64,000 nucleotides of DNA from an uncultured Rikenellaceae bacterium (GCA_964634565.1 CAZWLP010000002.1:26856-90855); one strand, 5' to 3'. Counted from the stretch's first letter, positions 19,630-28,989 are shown. The notes: generated by a model from the sequence alone, not told the origin. Numbers and translations are program-made.

Positions 19630-20121
19630 ATGTATAATATCATGAAAATCAGGCTTGTAATTGTAATTTTATTATTTGGGTTTTTAGCCTCATGTTCGGA
19701 CAAAGAAAAGGAAAGAGTATATAATTTGTCCGAGGCCGATAAAAATGAAATAACAAATACACTTTATAAAACACAGGATGCCTGGAATAGTGGTGATATT
19801 GAAGGATTTATGGAGGGATATTGGAAATCCGACAAACTGGTATTTACAGGTGTGGAGGGCCCTACCTATGGTTATTATAAAACCCTTGAAAGATATAAAA
19901 AAGGATATCCGGACACAGAAACAATGGGGATGCTGAAGTTTACTATTAAGGATCTTTATCAGATAGACAGCAAAACAGCCCTGATGATCGGTCGTTTCTA
20001 TCTTTCCCGGTCCCTTCAGGATATCGATGGCTACTTTACGCTTGTCTGGCAAAAAACAGACGGTAAATGGCTTATTATAAGCGATCATTCAAGCGGCCAG
20101 TTTGTAGGAATCCGTAAATAA
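19630..20121 (+). CDS. SnoaL-like/DUF4440-type lipoprotein
   Basis: Lipobox FLASC. TQDAWNSGDIEGFMEGYW...DGKWLIISDHSS matches the NTF2-like DUF4440 pattern. Confidence 0.65.
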   Translation: MYNIMKIRLVIVILLFGFLASCSDKEKERVYNLSEADKNEITNTLYKTQDAWNSGDIEGFMEGYWKSDKLVFTGVEGPTYGYYKTLERYKKGYPDTETMGMLKFTIKDLYQIDSKTALMIGRFYLSRSLQDIDGYFTLVWQKTDGKWLIISDHSSGQFVGIRK

Positions 20122-20227
20122 ATATTTTTATCCTTCAGCCAGACAGAAAGTAAGATAGTTCCGTCTCGGAAAAGCAGTATAATTATTATCAGAATAGTTA
20201 TCTTGCAGTTTACCAAGATCACCAGCT

Positions 20228-22003
20228 ATGTTACCATCAAGAACCTTTGATCTACTTGATCGATTTCGCAATCAGTTTTCTGATAATTGCGCTTTTGCAG
20301 CAAAGCGCAACGGAGAGTGGCTTACTTATACAGGAGCTGAATATAACGAGATTTCACACCAGTTGTGTTACGGACTTATTAGTCTTGGCCTAAAGAAAGG
20401 AGATAAAATAATTACGATCACAAATAATCGCCCGGAGTGGAATTTTATGGATATGGGCATGTCGATGGCCGGACTGGTACATGTACCGGTCTATACTTCC
20501 CTTACTGATGATGAGTATAGTTATATTTTTAATCATTCTGATGCAAAAATGATAATGGTGTCGGATAAGAAATTTTCTGACCGGCTAAAGCCTGTATGCG
20601 ACAAACTTAAGAACGAGGTGCATTTTTATTCGTTCGATAAAATAGATAATATTAAGAACTGGCTTGATATTGTTAATATCGGGAAAGAAGCCGGCGAAGA
20701 GATAAGAACTGAGGCTGAAAAAGTTAAATCGCAAATTACAACAGAAGACCTGGCTTCAATAATTTATACATCCGGAACAACAGGGGTGGCAAAGGGCGTA
20801 ATGCTCAGTCATAAAAATCTGGTTCAGAATTTTCTGGCAGCATCAGAAGTATTTAATCTTAAAACCGGTGATCGCTTTCTGAGTATCCTGCCCCTCTGTC
20901 ATGTCGGTGGAAGACTCGGTAATTACCAGACACAATATTCAGGGGCATCGATTTATTACGCAGAAAATATGGGGACCATTGCAATAAATCTGAAAGAAAT
21001 TAAAGCTACCGGCTTTGATGCCGTCCCCAGAGTACTTGAAAAGATTTATGATAATGTACTGGCTAAGGGAAGAGCACTAAAGGGATTTAAAAAGAAGATG
21101 TTTTTCTGGGCCGTAAAGCTTGGATTGAAATATCAGCCCTTTGGGATAAATGGTGCATGGTATTATTTTAAACTTGGTATAGCCGATAAGATGATCTTCA
21201 GTAAATGGAGAGAGGCCCTGGGTGGTCAGGCCCGCATTGTCGGTTGTGGCGGAGCAAGCCTGCAACCCCGCCTGGAAAGGATTTTTTGGGCATCCGGACT
21301 TAAAATACTTAATATGTATGGCCTTACCGAAACATCACCAATAATTACAATTAACAGGCAGCATAAAGATCTTTGTATGCTTGGCTCTGTCGGAGCACTT
21401 ATAGACGGGGTGGAGTTAAAAATAGCAGAGGATGGAGAAATTCTTTGTCGCGGCCATAATGTTATGATGGGTTATTATAAAGACGATGAGCTTAGCAGGG
21501 AGGCGTTTGATAGCGAGGGATGGTTTAAAACAGGTGATGTTGGCAGACTGGAACAGGATAAATTTTTGATGGTAACAGACAGGAAAAAAGAGATTTTCAA
21601 GCTGTCGAGTGGTAAGTTTATTGCCCCTCAGATACTGGAGAATAAGCTTAAGGAATCTGTGTTTATCGATCAGGCAATGGTGTTTGGAGAACATCAGAAA
21701 TTTGCCAGCGCCATACTGGTGCCGGATTTTGCCTATCTGAAAAATTATAGTAAGGAACATGGAATTGCCGACAACAATGATGGCGAGAGCATGGTTAAAA
21801 ATATGGATATAGTAAAGGCTATCAGCGATGAGGTGAAGAGAATTAACAGATCTCTGGCCGAACACGAAAGAATAATGAAGCCCCAGCTTGTTCACGATAT
21901 CTGGTCGCCAACAACAGGAGAGCTTTCTGCAAGCCTGAAGCTAAAACGTAAATCTGTAGAAGAAAAGTATCGGCAACGGATCGAATCGGTCTATCAAAAA
22001 TAG
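20228..22003 (+). CDS. Long-chain fatty acid--CoA ligase (AMP-forming)
   Basis: 591 aa. AMP-binding motif IIYTSGTTGVAKGVMLSHKN, plus YGLTETS, GWFKTGDVG and RKKEIFKLSSGKFIAP. Confidence 0.9.
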   Translation: MLPSRTFDLLDRFRNQFSDNCAFAAKRNGEWLTYTGAEYNEISHQLCYGLISLGLKKGDKIITITNNRPEWNFMDMGMSMAGLVHVPVYTSLTDDEYSYIFNHSDAKMIMVSDKKFSDRLKPVCDKLKNEVHFYSFDKIDNIKNWLDIVNIGKEAGEEIRTEAEKVKSQITTEDLASIIYTSGTTGVAKGVMLSHKNLVQNFLAASEVFNLKTGDRFLSILPLCHVGGRLGNYQTQYSGASIYYAENMGTIAINLKEIKATGFDAVPRVLEKIYDNVLAKGRALKGFKKKMFFWAVKLGLKYQPFGINGAWYYFKLGIADKMIFSKWREALGGQARIVGCGGASLQPRLERIFWASGLKILNMYGLTETSPIITINRQHKDLCMLGSVGALIDGVELKIAEDGEILCRGHNVMMGYYKDDELSREAFDSEGWFKTGDVGRLEQDKFLMVTDRKKEIFKLSSGKFIAPQILENKLKESVFIDQAMVFGEHQKFASAILVPDFAYLKNYSKEHGIADNNDGESMVKNMDIVKAISDEVKRINRSLAEHERIMKPQLVHDIWSPTTGELSASLKLKRKSVEEKYRQRIESVYQK

Positions 22004-22011
22004 TATTGTAA

Positions 22012-23178
22012 ATGTTATTACAGGAAGTATCTACAAAGAGAGAAAAAAAACAATTTCTCCTTGCGGCAAAGGAGGTTTATAAAAACGACAAGTATTGGGT
22101 AAGGCCCCTCGATAAAGAGATTGAGTCAATCTTTGACCCTGCCAGAAATGTCTTTTTTAGTCATGGTAAGGCAAAGAGATGGATCCTTATAAACAGTCAG
22201 GGTAAACTGATAGGAAGGATAGCTGCATTTATTGATTATAAGACATCCGAAAAGCAGGATCAGCCAACAGGAGGGATGGGTTTTTTTGAATGTATTAACA
22301 ACAAAGAAGCATCTGCTATTCTTTTTGATGCAGCCCGCGATTGGCTTAAAAGTGAAGGCATGGAAGCCATGGATGGTCCAATAAATTTTGGAGAAAGGGA
22401 TAAATACTGGGGCCTGCTGGTTGACGGCTTTACTCATCCGGCATATGAGATTGCATATAATCTTCCTTACTACCAGGCGCTTTATGAGGATTACGGATTT
22501 AAGACCTATTATAAGGCCGAAGGTTTTCATCTGGATTTGAATAAGCCCCTGCCCGACAGGTTCAGGAAGATAGCAGAGTGGATCCTTAAAAAACCCGAAT
22601 ATGAATTCAGGCATATTGAGTGGAGTAAAATGGATAAGTTTATAGACGATTTTGTTGATGTGTATAATGAAGCATGGGCGTCGTTCCAGGAGAATTTTAA
22701 ACCCATGAAGGCTCCATATGTTAAAAAGACAATCAAAAAAATGAAAATGATCCTGGAGCCTGAATTTATCTGGCTGGCTTATAATAAGGGTAAGCCTATC
22801 GCGATCTACCTTATGTGGCCCGATGTTAATATGATATTAAAACATCTTGACGGAAAGCTTACTTTGCCGGCCATGCTTAAGTTTCTATATCTTAAGAAAA
22901 GAAAAACGATAAGCAGGGCACGAGGAGTTTTAATGGGGGTAATACCCAAATTTCAAAACCTGGGCGTAGAATCCGGACTGGCACTTAATGTATATAACTC
23001 TACGAAAAGCATGCCTCATTACAAGGAAATAGAGTTTTCCTGGGTTGGGGACTTTAATCCTAAAATGCGTAAGATGTGGCTTCATATAGGAGGTGAGCCG
23101 GTTAAGAACTATATAACATACAGGTACCTTTTTGACAGAAATAAGAAATTTAAAAGATATCCTATTCCCGAAGAATAA
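22012..23178 (+). CDS. Uncharacterised GNAT-like acyltransferase family protein
   Basis: 388 aa. N-terminal ...KNDKYWVRPLDKEIESIFDP...GRIAAFIDYK...GGMGFFECI resembles a conserved Bacteroidota family usually labelled N-acetyltransferase. Function unknown. Confidence 0.5.
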   Translation: MLLQEVSTKREKKQFLLAAKEVYKNDKYWVRPLDKEIESIFDPARNVFFSHGKAKRWILINSQGKLIGRIAAFIDYKTSEKQDQPTGGMGFFECINNKEASAILFDAARDWLKSEGMEAMDGPINFGERDKYWGLLVDGFTHPAYEIAYNLPYYQALYEDYGFKTYYKAEGFHLDLNKPLPDRFRKIAEWILKKPEYEFRHIEWSKMDKFIDDFVDVYNEAWASFQENFKPMKAPYVKKTIKKMKMILEPEFIWLAYNKGKPIAIYLMWPDVNMILKHLDGKLTLPAMLKFLYLKKRKTISRARGVLMGVIPKFQNLGVESGLALNVYNSTKSMPHYKEIEFSWVGDFNPKMRKMWLHIGGEPVKNYITYRYLFDRNKKFKRYPIPEE

Positions 23179-23189
23179 AACCCGACAAT

Positions 23190-24632
23190 ATGAAATATGA
23201 TGTTATAATTATCGGAGGGGGCCTTGGCGGACTTACTGCAGGAGCAAAACTTGCAAGGGAAGGCAGGAAGGTCCTGCTTCTTGAGCAACACGACAGGCCG
23301 GGAGGCTGTGCAACAACCTTTAAAAGGAAAGATTATATTTTAGAGGTAGGTCTTCATGAAATGGACGGACTGCATCCGCGCGACCTGAAAACAAAAATAT
23401 TTAATGATCTTGGCCTCTTCGACAGAGTTGAGTTTCTTCCTGTACCGGAGTTTTATCGCTTCGTCCAGGGCAGGCATAGCATAGTAATACCTCACGATCC
23501 CGAGAGGGCAACAGAAGAGTTATTAGAGCATTTTCCGGAAGAAGAGAAGGGTATAAACTTATATTTTGAGAGTGTATTAAACGCAAGAAAAATAGCCGGA
23601 GCAAAGGATGCTCCAGCCGATAGAAATGTCGGCGAATGGCTCGATGAGATAATATCAAACGAAACACTTAAGCTGGTACTGCTGGGTAACCTGGGTTATT
23701 TTCACGACGACCCGTATACCCTTTCATATTATTACTACCTGACCGCACAGGGAAGCTATTATAATGGCAGGGCGAATTATATTAAGGGGGGGTCGCAGCA
23801 ACTGTCTGATGCCCTGGTAGATATTATTGAAGAAAATCAGGGAATAGTATTGCTGAATACCCTTGCTGAAGCAATCGAATATAATAAGGATGGCACTGTC
23901 GGGGTAAAATATTGTGTAAAGGACAGGGGGCCGATAGCTAAAGAGATTGCCCACGCCGAAAACATAGTTGTTAATTCATCACTCCCGCAGCTTGTAAATA
24001 ATCTTCTGCCTGAGGGCTCGGCCACATCGCTCAAAGAAGAGATAAAAGATTTAAATATAGGAGCTTCGCTACTAACAGTATATTATGGGTTTAAGAAATC
24101 GCTGAAAAGCGTGGGCAATAAGAATTATTCTATATTTCTATACGACGAAAGCGTTAAGTCACAGGCCGATATACTGACAAATAATCACAGCGATTTTAAG
24201 ACCAGGAGCTTCACCTTTGTAGATTACAGTCAGCTTGATTCAGGACTTGCCCCAGGCGGCAAAAGCGTAGGTGCTGTTTGTTGTATAGACTACCTCGACG
24301 ACTGGGATAAGCTTGATAAAAAGGAATATGTAAAGCGAAAAAAAGAGGTCGCAGAGATATTTACACAAAGACTTGATAAGATAATTCCCGGTTTTGCTGA
24401 CTCTGTGGAATATGTAGAGGTAGGAACCTCACGCACTGTAAAAAGATATACAATGAATCCTGGCGGAGCGGTATATGGTTTTGCCCAGAATCCTTCTAAG
24501 CCAATATCATATCTGAATAAACTACCTGATAATATATATCTGGCATCAGCCTGGGGTAAGTTTGGCGGAGGTTTTTCCGGTGCTATATTCAGCGGCTATA
24601 TGACAGCCTTCGATATATTAAGAAAAAGATAA
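23190..24632 (+). CDS. NAD(P)/FAD-dependent oxidoreductase, phytoene-desaturase (CrtI)-like
   Basis: MKYDVIIIGGGLGGLTAGAKLAREGRKVLLLEQHDRPGG is a Rossmann GxGxxG dinucleotide motif. Length 480 aa. Confidence 0.8.
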   Translation: MKYDVIIIGGGLGGLTAGAKLAREGRKVLLLEQHDRPGGCATTFKRKDYILEVGLHEMDGLHPRDLKTKIFNDLGLFDRVEFLPVPEFYRFVQGRHSIVIPHDPERATEELLEHFPEEEKGINLYFESVLNARKIAGAKDAPADRNVGEWLDEIISNETLKLVLLGNLGYFHDDPYTLSYYYYLTAQGSYYNGRANYIKGGSQQLSDALVDIIEENQGIVLLNTLAEAIEYNKDGTVGVKYCVKDRGPIAKEIAHAENIVVNSSLPQLVNNLLPEGSATSLKEEIKDLNIGASLLTVYYGFKKSLKSVGNKNYSIFLYDESVKSQADILTNNHSDFKTRSFTFVDYSQLDSGLAPGGKSVGAVCCIDYLDDWDKLDKKEYVKRKKEVAEIFTQRLDKIIPGFADSVEYVEVGTSRTVKRYTMNPGGAVYGFAQNPSKPISYLNKLPDNIYLASAWGKFGGGFSGAIFSGYMTAFDILRKR

Positions 24633-24636
24633 GATC

Positions 24637-25536
24637 TTAAATAAAGCGCCTGACCCTCTTTTTATATTCGCTGTACCCTGGATATTTTTGTGTGGATATT
24701 GATTCGCTGAAATTGCTGCTTCCCAGAAATAGAAGTATCAGTAATACAGGACCAATTATCGACCAGTTAAGCCATGATCCCGTTGCACTTATACTAAAGA
24801 GGTAAAAAACTATCCAGACGCCCTGCTCCGCAGTGTAGTTGGGGTGGCGCGAAAGTCCCCACAGGCCATTGTCAATAAATCCCTTTTTATAATAATCAGG
24901 CAGACCTGAACCTTCTTTTTTCAGCCGGTTTTTTTCTTTATGAAAATTCCACTGTTGCTGATCGGCAACAGTTTCAAAAATAATAAGTAAAAACATAAGG
25001 ATGGCAATGGTGTAATCAAAGTAAGACAGAGCACTACCATTAATGCTTCTTAAGGCTGGCAGTGTGATTAAAAGGATAAGTCCCATCTGGTAAAGAGAGA
25101 TAAAAAACAGGTTAAATATCATCCACCTCCACCTGTTCGATAATTCAGGTTTGTTTCTTAATACCGACCACCTGTAATCTTCTTCACCCGACCAGAACCG
25201 AATAGAGTATCCTCCCCTGCGCGCAAAATTATATGTTAGGCGGATACCCCAGGCCGATACCAGCAGGGCCATTAAAACAATCCTTGGCTCAAAGCCTGAT
25301 CGGATCGCAATAATCCATATATATGCAATGGGCATTAAGCTCCATAGCTTATCAACCTGGCTGTAATTTTTACTTATAGTGCTAAGAATAAAACAGCCAA
25401 GGGAGGCAATCAGGTAAACTACTATAAGCTCGTTTAATATTTCTTTTTGAAATGGATTAAGCGGATCATCAAAGCTTATTGCCAGTAAAGGGAGTACAAT
25501 AATTGTTAATAAGAGGAGTAAAATAGTTTTCCACAT
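24637..25536 (-). CDS. DUF1295 / steroid 5-alpha-reductase-like membrane protein
   Basis: 299 aa, polytopic. C-terminal GLWGLSRHPNYTAEQGVW motif is typical of the DUF1295/ICMT-like superfamily. Confidence 0.75.
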   Translation of the reverse strand: MWKTILLLLLTIIVLPLLAISFDDPLNPFQKEILNELIVVYLIASLGCFILSTISKNYSQVDKLWSLMPIAYIWIIAIRSGFEPRIVLMALLVSAWGIRLTYNFARRGGYSIRFWSGEEDYRWSVLRNKPELSNRWRWMIFNLFFISLYQMGLILLITLPALRSINGSALSYFDYTIAILMFLLIIFETVADQQQWNFHKEKNRLKKEGSGLPDYYKKGFIDNGLWGLSRHPNYTAEQGVWIVFYLFSISATGSWLNWSIIGPVLLILLFLGSSNFSESISTQKYPGYSEYKKRVRRFI

Positions 25537-25585
25537 GCCTTAATAATTTTAGACATGGAATATAGTTAATAAATTGATTGACAGC

Positions 25586-26011
25586 TTATATTTTCGGTCT
25601 GATTTCTTCCTTATATAAATCACTAAATTTTTCCCCTATTTCATCCCTTACCCTCAGATATTCACCTCTGATAAATTCAGGAGTACCGGTGGCAAAAGAA
25701 GGATCGTCAAAACCAATATGTAATCTATTCTTTACCCTGCCGGTAAATGAAGGACAATTTTCATTTGCTCCTCCGCAAACAGTAATAACATAATCCCATT
25801 TATCATTAAGATATTTTTCAATCGGATCGGAAGTATGGTGACTGATATCTATACCAATTTCTTTCATCACCTCAATAGCCTTACTATTTAATTTGCCCGA
25901 AGCTTCTGTCCCTGCAGAATATACCTTAAGCCTGCCGTCGAAAGACTGCAGGAAACCGTGGGCCATCTGGCTGCGGCAACTATTGCCTGTGCATAATATC
26001 AGGATTTTCAT
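25586..26011 (-). CDS. arsC: Arsenate reductase, LMW-PTP type, thioredoxin-coupled
   Basis: MKILILCTGNSCRSQMA is the CX5R P-loop. The downstream Cys pair VCGGANENCP has the spacing of the Cys82/Cys89 pair of thioredoxin-coupled ArsC. ATG 26011 is preferred to 26032. Confidence 0.88.
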   Translation of the reverse strand: MKILILCTGNSCRSQMAHGFLQSFDGRLKVYSAGTEASGKLNSKAIEVMKEIGIDISHHTSDPIEKYLNDKWDYVITVCGGANENCPSFTGRVKNRLHIGFDDPSFATGTPEFIRGEYLRVRDEIGEKFSDLYKEEIRPKI

Positions 26012-26051
26012 AACAGAAAGTTTGATGGACAATTAAATGAATATAACGTTT

Positions 26052-26118
26052 GTCATTCCGAATGAATATGAGGAATCTAAAAATCTGATTATAGATTTCT
26101 CGCTTCACTCGAAATGAC
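26052..26118. repeat. 67-bp palindromic extragenic element of the Bacteroidota 'gtcattccga...tcgaaatgac' type
   Basis: Outer arms gtcattccgaatga (26052..26065) and tcactcgaaatgac (26105..26118), with inner arms aggaatct / agatttct. It lies between the permease gene and arsC. Confidence 0.7.
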
Positions 26119-26163
26119 AATTTCAAAATAAATTCATATCATAGTAAATCAACCATTACACCT

Positions 26164-27210
26164 TTAAACCATTACATAGTTAAATATAAAGCCCACAATA
26201 ATTATCCCAACAGCTACTATTCCAACAAAAACAGCAATCAGCTGCCATTTTAAAACCTTTTTCAAGATAATTATTTCGGGAAGGGAGAGTGCAATAACCG
26301 ACATCATAAATGCAAGTGCGGTTCCCAGCGATACACCTTTTTCAATAAGAACACTTACTATCGGGATAACACCGGCTGCATTAGAGTACATAGGAACACC
26401 CAGCAGTATTGCCAGGGGAACACCGTACCAGTTGTCCTTTCCGAGCAGAGAGCCAAGAAAATCTTCTGGTACATAACCATGAGCCCCCGCCCCAACAGCT
26501 ATACCCAAAAGAATATATGGCCAGATCTTGCCTACAATATCTTTTACTGTGCTGTATCCGTTTTGCATGCGATCGTATATTGTAATCCGGGCAGCATTAT
26601 CTTCACTGTGTTGAGCATTAATAGAATAGACCCAGTCGGCAACATATTTTTCAAGACCAAGTTTACCAATAAGCCAACCGGAGCCAATAGCAATAATAAG
26701 ACCTGTCGACACATAAATTAAAGCAACCTTCCATCCAAATAATCCAATAAGAAGGACCAGGGCCACCTCGTTAATCATGGGTGCCGCTATAAGGAAGGAG
26801 AAGGTTACCCCCAGCGGGATACCTGCCTCAACAAAACCCAGAAACAGGGGTATGGCCGAACACGAACAGAAGGGGGTTATTATACCCAGGAGGGCAGCCA
26901 TCACATTACCGGCAAAGAGAGATTTTCCCCTAAGAAGATCCCTGGTTTTTTCGGGAGTTACCCAGGTTCTTAAAACCCCTACAATAAATATTATAAGAAC
27001 TAAAAGAAGCATTACTTTAGGTACCTCAAATAAGAAAAATCTGAGCGATTCGGTGAAGTGTTCTCCCGGAGTAAGAGAAAATACACTTTCTGTAGCCCAG
27101 TTTGAAAATAGTTCTAAATTTCGATATGCCAGATACCATAATGGCAGCGACATCACCGGCACAAGCCATTCCTTAAATTTCTTGTTTATACTTGCGATAT
27201 CTGTTTTCAT
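26164..27210 (-). CDS. DUF318-type permease with FCSCSAIP motif (ArsP-like candidate arsenical permease)
   Basis: 348 aa, polytopic. GIITPFCSCSAIPLF motif. Located in the ArsR-headed gene string. Confidence 0.7.
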   Translation of the reverse strand: MKTDIASINKKFKEWLVPVMSLPLWYLAYRNLELFSNWATESVFSLTPGEHFTESLRFFLFEVPKVMLLLVLIIFIVGVLRTWVTPEKTRDLLRGKSLFAGNVMAALLGIITPFCSCSAIPLFLGFVEAGIPLGVTFSFLIAAPMINEVALVLLIGLFGWKVALIYVSTGLIIAIGSGWLIGKLGLEKYVADWVYSINAQHSEDNAARITIYDRMQNGYSTVKDIVGKIWPYILLGIAVGAGAHGYVPEDFLGSLLGKDNWYGVPLAILLGVPMYSNAAGVIPIVSVLIEKGVSLGTALAFMMSVIALSLPEIIILKKVLKWQLIAVFVGIVAVGIIIVGFIFNYVMV

Positions 27211-27244
27211 TTTAGGTTATTTATTAAATAAGCTGAAGGCAGTT

Positions 27245-27943
27245 TTACCTGATATATATTAAAATGTATATTAATCCTGTTGTAATAAAAATTATCGCAA
27301 TAATCTTTCTGAACCAGAATTCAAAAGTTTTAATTCTGTTGTAGAAATTTCCAATAGAACCAATACTATAAGCAATTAGCCAGGAAAATAGTATAACCGG
27401 AATGCCCGTAGCAAGGGCATATACAACAGGAAGATATAAGCCCTTTGTGCCCGAGACAGTAAGCGGTATAAGAATCCCAAAAAATAATACTCCACTATAG
27501 GGGCAAAATGCAAGGGCAAAAACGATGCCCAGAAGAATAATACCGGCGATTCCTTTCTTGCCTCTTTTTTCCATCTTTGAAGTCAGAGATCCTGACAAGG
27601 GGAGCTTTATCTTAATCACATTAAGCATAAATAAGCCTATAATAATTAATACCGGGCCAATTAACCTTTCTCCCCAGGTCTGTAAAAACCCTGATATTTT
27701 AAACTCACTGGCACCGAAATAAAAAATCAGGCCAATTGTGGTGTAGGATATTGCCCTGCCGAGGGTATAAAGAATCCCCTTATAAAAAACTTTTTGCCTG
27801 TTCTCTATATCTTTCCCTATATATGCTATTGCGGTAATATTTGTTGCCAGAGGACAGGGACTGATAGCTGTCATAAGGCCCAGGATAAAGGCAGATAGAA
27901 TGGGAAGTTGCGTGGCCTCAAAGAAGTTTTGCAATACTTCCAT
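27245..27943 (-). CDS. CcdA/DsbD-like transmembrane thiol:disulfide electron transporter (ArsG-family-like)
   Basis: 232 aa with six predicted TM helices. One Cys in each of two Pro-flanked motifs: AISPCPLA and AFCPYSG. Confidence 0.75.
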   Translation of the reverse strand: MEVLQNFFEATQLPILSAFILGLMTAISPCPLATNITAIAYIGKDIENRQKVFYKGILYTLGRAISYTTIGLIFYFGASEFKISGFLQTWGERLIGPVLIIIGLFMLNVIKIKLPLSGSLTSKMEKRGKKGIAGIILLGIVFALAFCPYSGVLFFGILIPLTVSGTKGLYLPVVYALATGIPVILFSWLIAYSIGSIGNFYNRIKTFEFWFRKIIAIIFITTGLIYILIYIR

Positions 27944-28338
27944 TAATACTTCATTGCTTCAATGGTTGAAATAAGAAGCTCTTCCAGTTTCCCGGGCTTC
28001 TTTCGTGCATTCATAAATGCAGCATTAGTAAGGTTTTCTACCTTATCGTCTTTTACTACAATAAGAGTTTGTCCACTTACTTTATATTTTTCAACAAGAG
28101 CGAGATTTTCTTCTTTTTCCCTGTTTATAACAATAAAATCAATCTCATCCCCATAATTGTCTTTTATGGCCTTTCTTGATACGTTTTCCACAGCCACACA
28201 CGTAACACAACGCCTGGTAGCATGAAAATAGTAGACCTTAATATCATTACTTTTTTGAAATTCTCCCTTTTGCATCGCGTCAAGGCCAGATAAACCGACA
28301 AGTAATAGCAAAAGAATCAGGCTTAAACGGGTTTTCAT
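27943..28338 (-). CDS. Secreted thioredoxin-like protein with CVTC motif (ArsF-family-like)
   Basis: Signal peptide MKTRLSLILLLLLVGLSGLDA, then YYFHATRRCVTCVAV (CxxC). The stop overlaps the start of the CcdA-like gene by 1 nt. Confidence 0.65.
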   Translation of the reverse strand: MKTRLSLILLLLLVGLSGLDAMQKGEFQKSNDIKVYYFHATRRCVTCVAVENVSRKAIKDNYGDEIDFIVINREKEENLALVEKYKVSGQTLIVVKDDKVENLTNAAFMNARKKPGKLEELLISTIEAMKY

Positions 28339-28342
28339 ATTA

Positions 28343-28576
28343 TTAATCTTTTAATAATTCTATAATTTCTTTAACAGAAGGTATTTTGCCTTTAAGGACT
28401 ACTTTTTCATCTACAACGAGAGCCGGCGTCACCATTACACCATATCTCATGATCTCAGTTATATCTTCTACTTTAATAACAGAAGCATCTATCCCTGCTT
28501 CGTCAACCGCCTTTCTGGTAACTTTTTCAAGCTGTTTGCACCTGGCGCATCCTGATCCTAATACTTTAATTTCCAT
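28343..28576 (-). CDS. Small cytoplasmic thioredoxin-fold protein (redox-active disulfide protein 2 type)
   Basis: 77 aa. MEIKVLGSGCARCKQLE has a CxxC at the N-terminus of helix 1, with no signal peptide. Confidence 0.8.
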   Translation of the reverse strand: MEIKVLGSGCARCKQLEKVTRKAVDEAGIDASVIKVEDITEIMRYGVMVTPALVVDEKVVLKGKIPSVKEIIELLKD

Positions 28577-28586
28577 AATTTATAGT

Positions 28587-28615
28587 TTGTTCGTTATTCG
28601 CAAAACGGCGAACAA
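28587..28615. promoter_or_regulatory. Second copy of the TTGTTCG...CGAACAA inverted repeat (candidate internal ArsR operator or attenuator)
   Basis: ttgttcg (28587..28593) and cgaacaa (28609..28615) with a 15-nt spacer that itself contains ttcgc/gcgaa. It lies between arsR and the thioredoxin gene. Confidence 0.4.
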
Positions 28616-28630
28616 TAAGGTAAAAAATTT

Positions 28631-28930
28631 TTATTTTTCAAACAGGTCTTTAAAAAGATCCTGTGCTTCTTTCCAGTTTTCTTTATTTATGCAGTATTTT
28701 ATTCTTGGTGCCTCGGTTTCGCCCTGGATTAACCCGGCGTCCTTAAGTTCTTTAAGGTGTTGTGAGAGGGTTGATTTTGCTATTGGCAGCTCTTCACTCA
28801 GGTCTCCGCTGTAGCAACAAGATTGTTTTGATAAGAGCTCAAGCACATATAGACGTACGGGATGTCCAATTGCCTTGGCATATCTGGCAGCCTTAATCTG
28901 ATTTTTTTGGAAACCTTCTTCTTTTTTCAT
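28631..28930 (-). CDS. arsR: ArsR/SmtB family metalloregulator
   Basis: HPVRLYVLELLSKQSCCYSGDLSEELPIAKSTLSQHLKELKDAGL is a wHTH with a Cys pair in the position of the ELCVCDL As(III) site. ATG 28930 is preferred because a promoter/operator fills 28931..28960. Confidence 0.88.
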   Translation of the reverse strand: MKKEEGFQKNQIKAARYAKAIGHPVRLYVLELLSKQSCCYSGDLSEELPIAKSTLSQHLKELKDAGLIQGETEAPRIKYCINKENWKEAQDLFKDLFEK

Positions 28931-28932
28931 GC

Positions 28933-28959
28933 TTGTTCGTAAAATTGCGAACAAATATA
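28933..28959 (-). promoter_or_regulatory. arsR promoter -7 box overlapping an inverted-repeat operator
   Basis: Minus strand reads ...TATATTTGTTCGcaattttaCGAACAAgcATG. TATATTTG fits the Bacteroidota TAnnTTTG -7 box. The 7-bp arms TTGTTCG/CGAACAA (28933..28939 and 28948..28954) resemble TGAACA/TGTTCA ArsR-SmtB operators. Confidence 0.55.
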
Positions 28960-28989
28960 AAAACAAATATTATTATCACAAAAAATACT

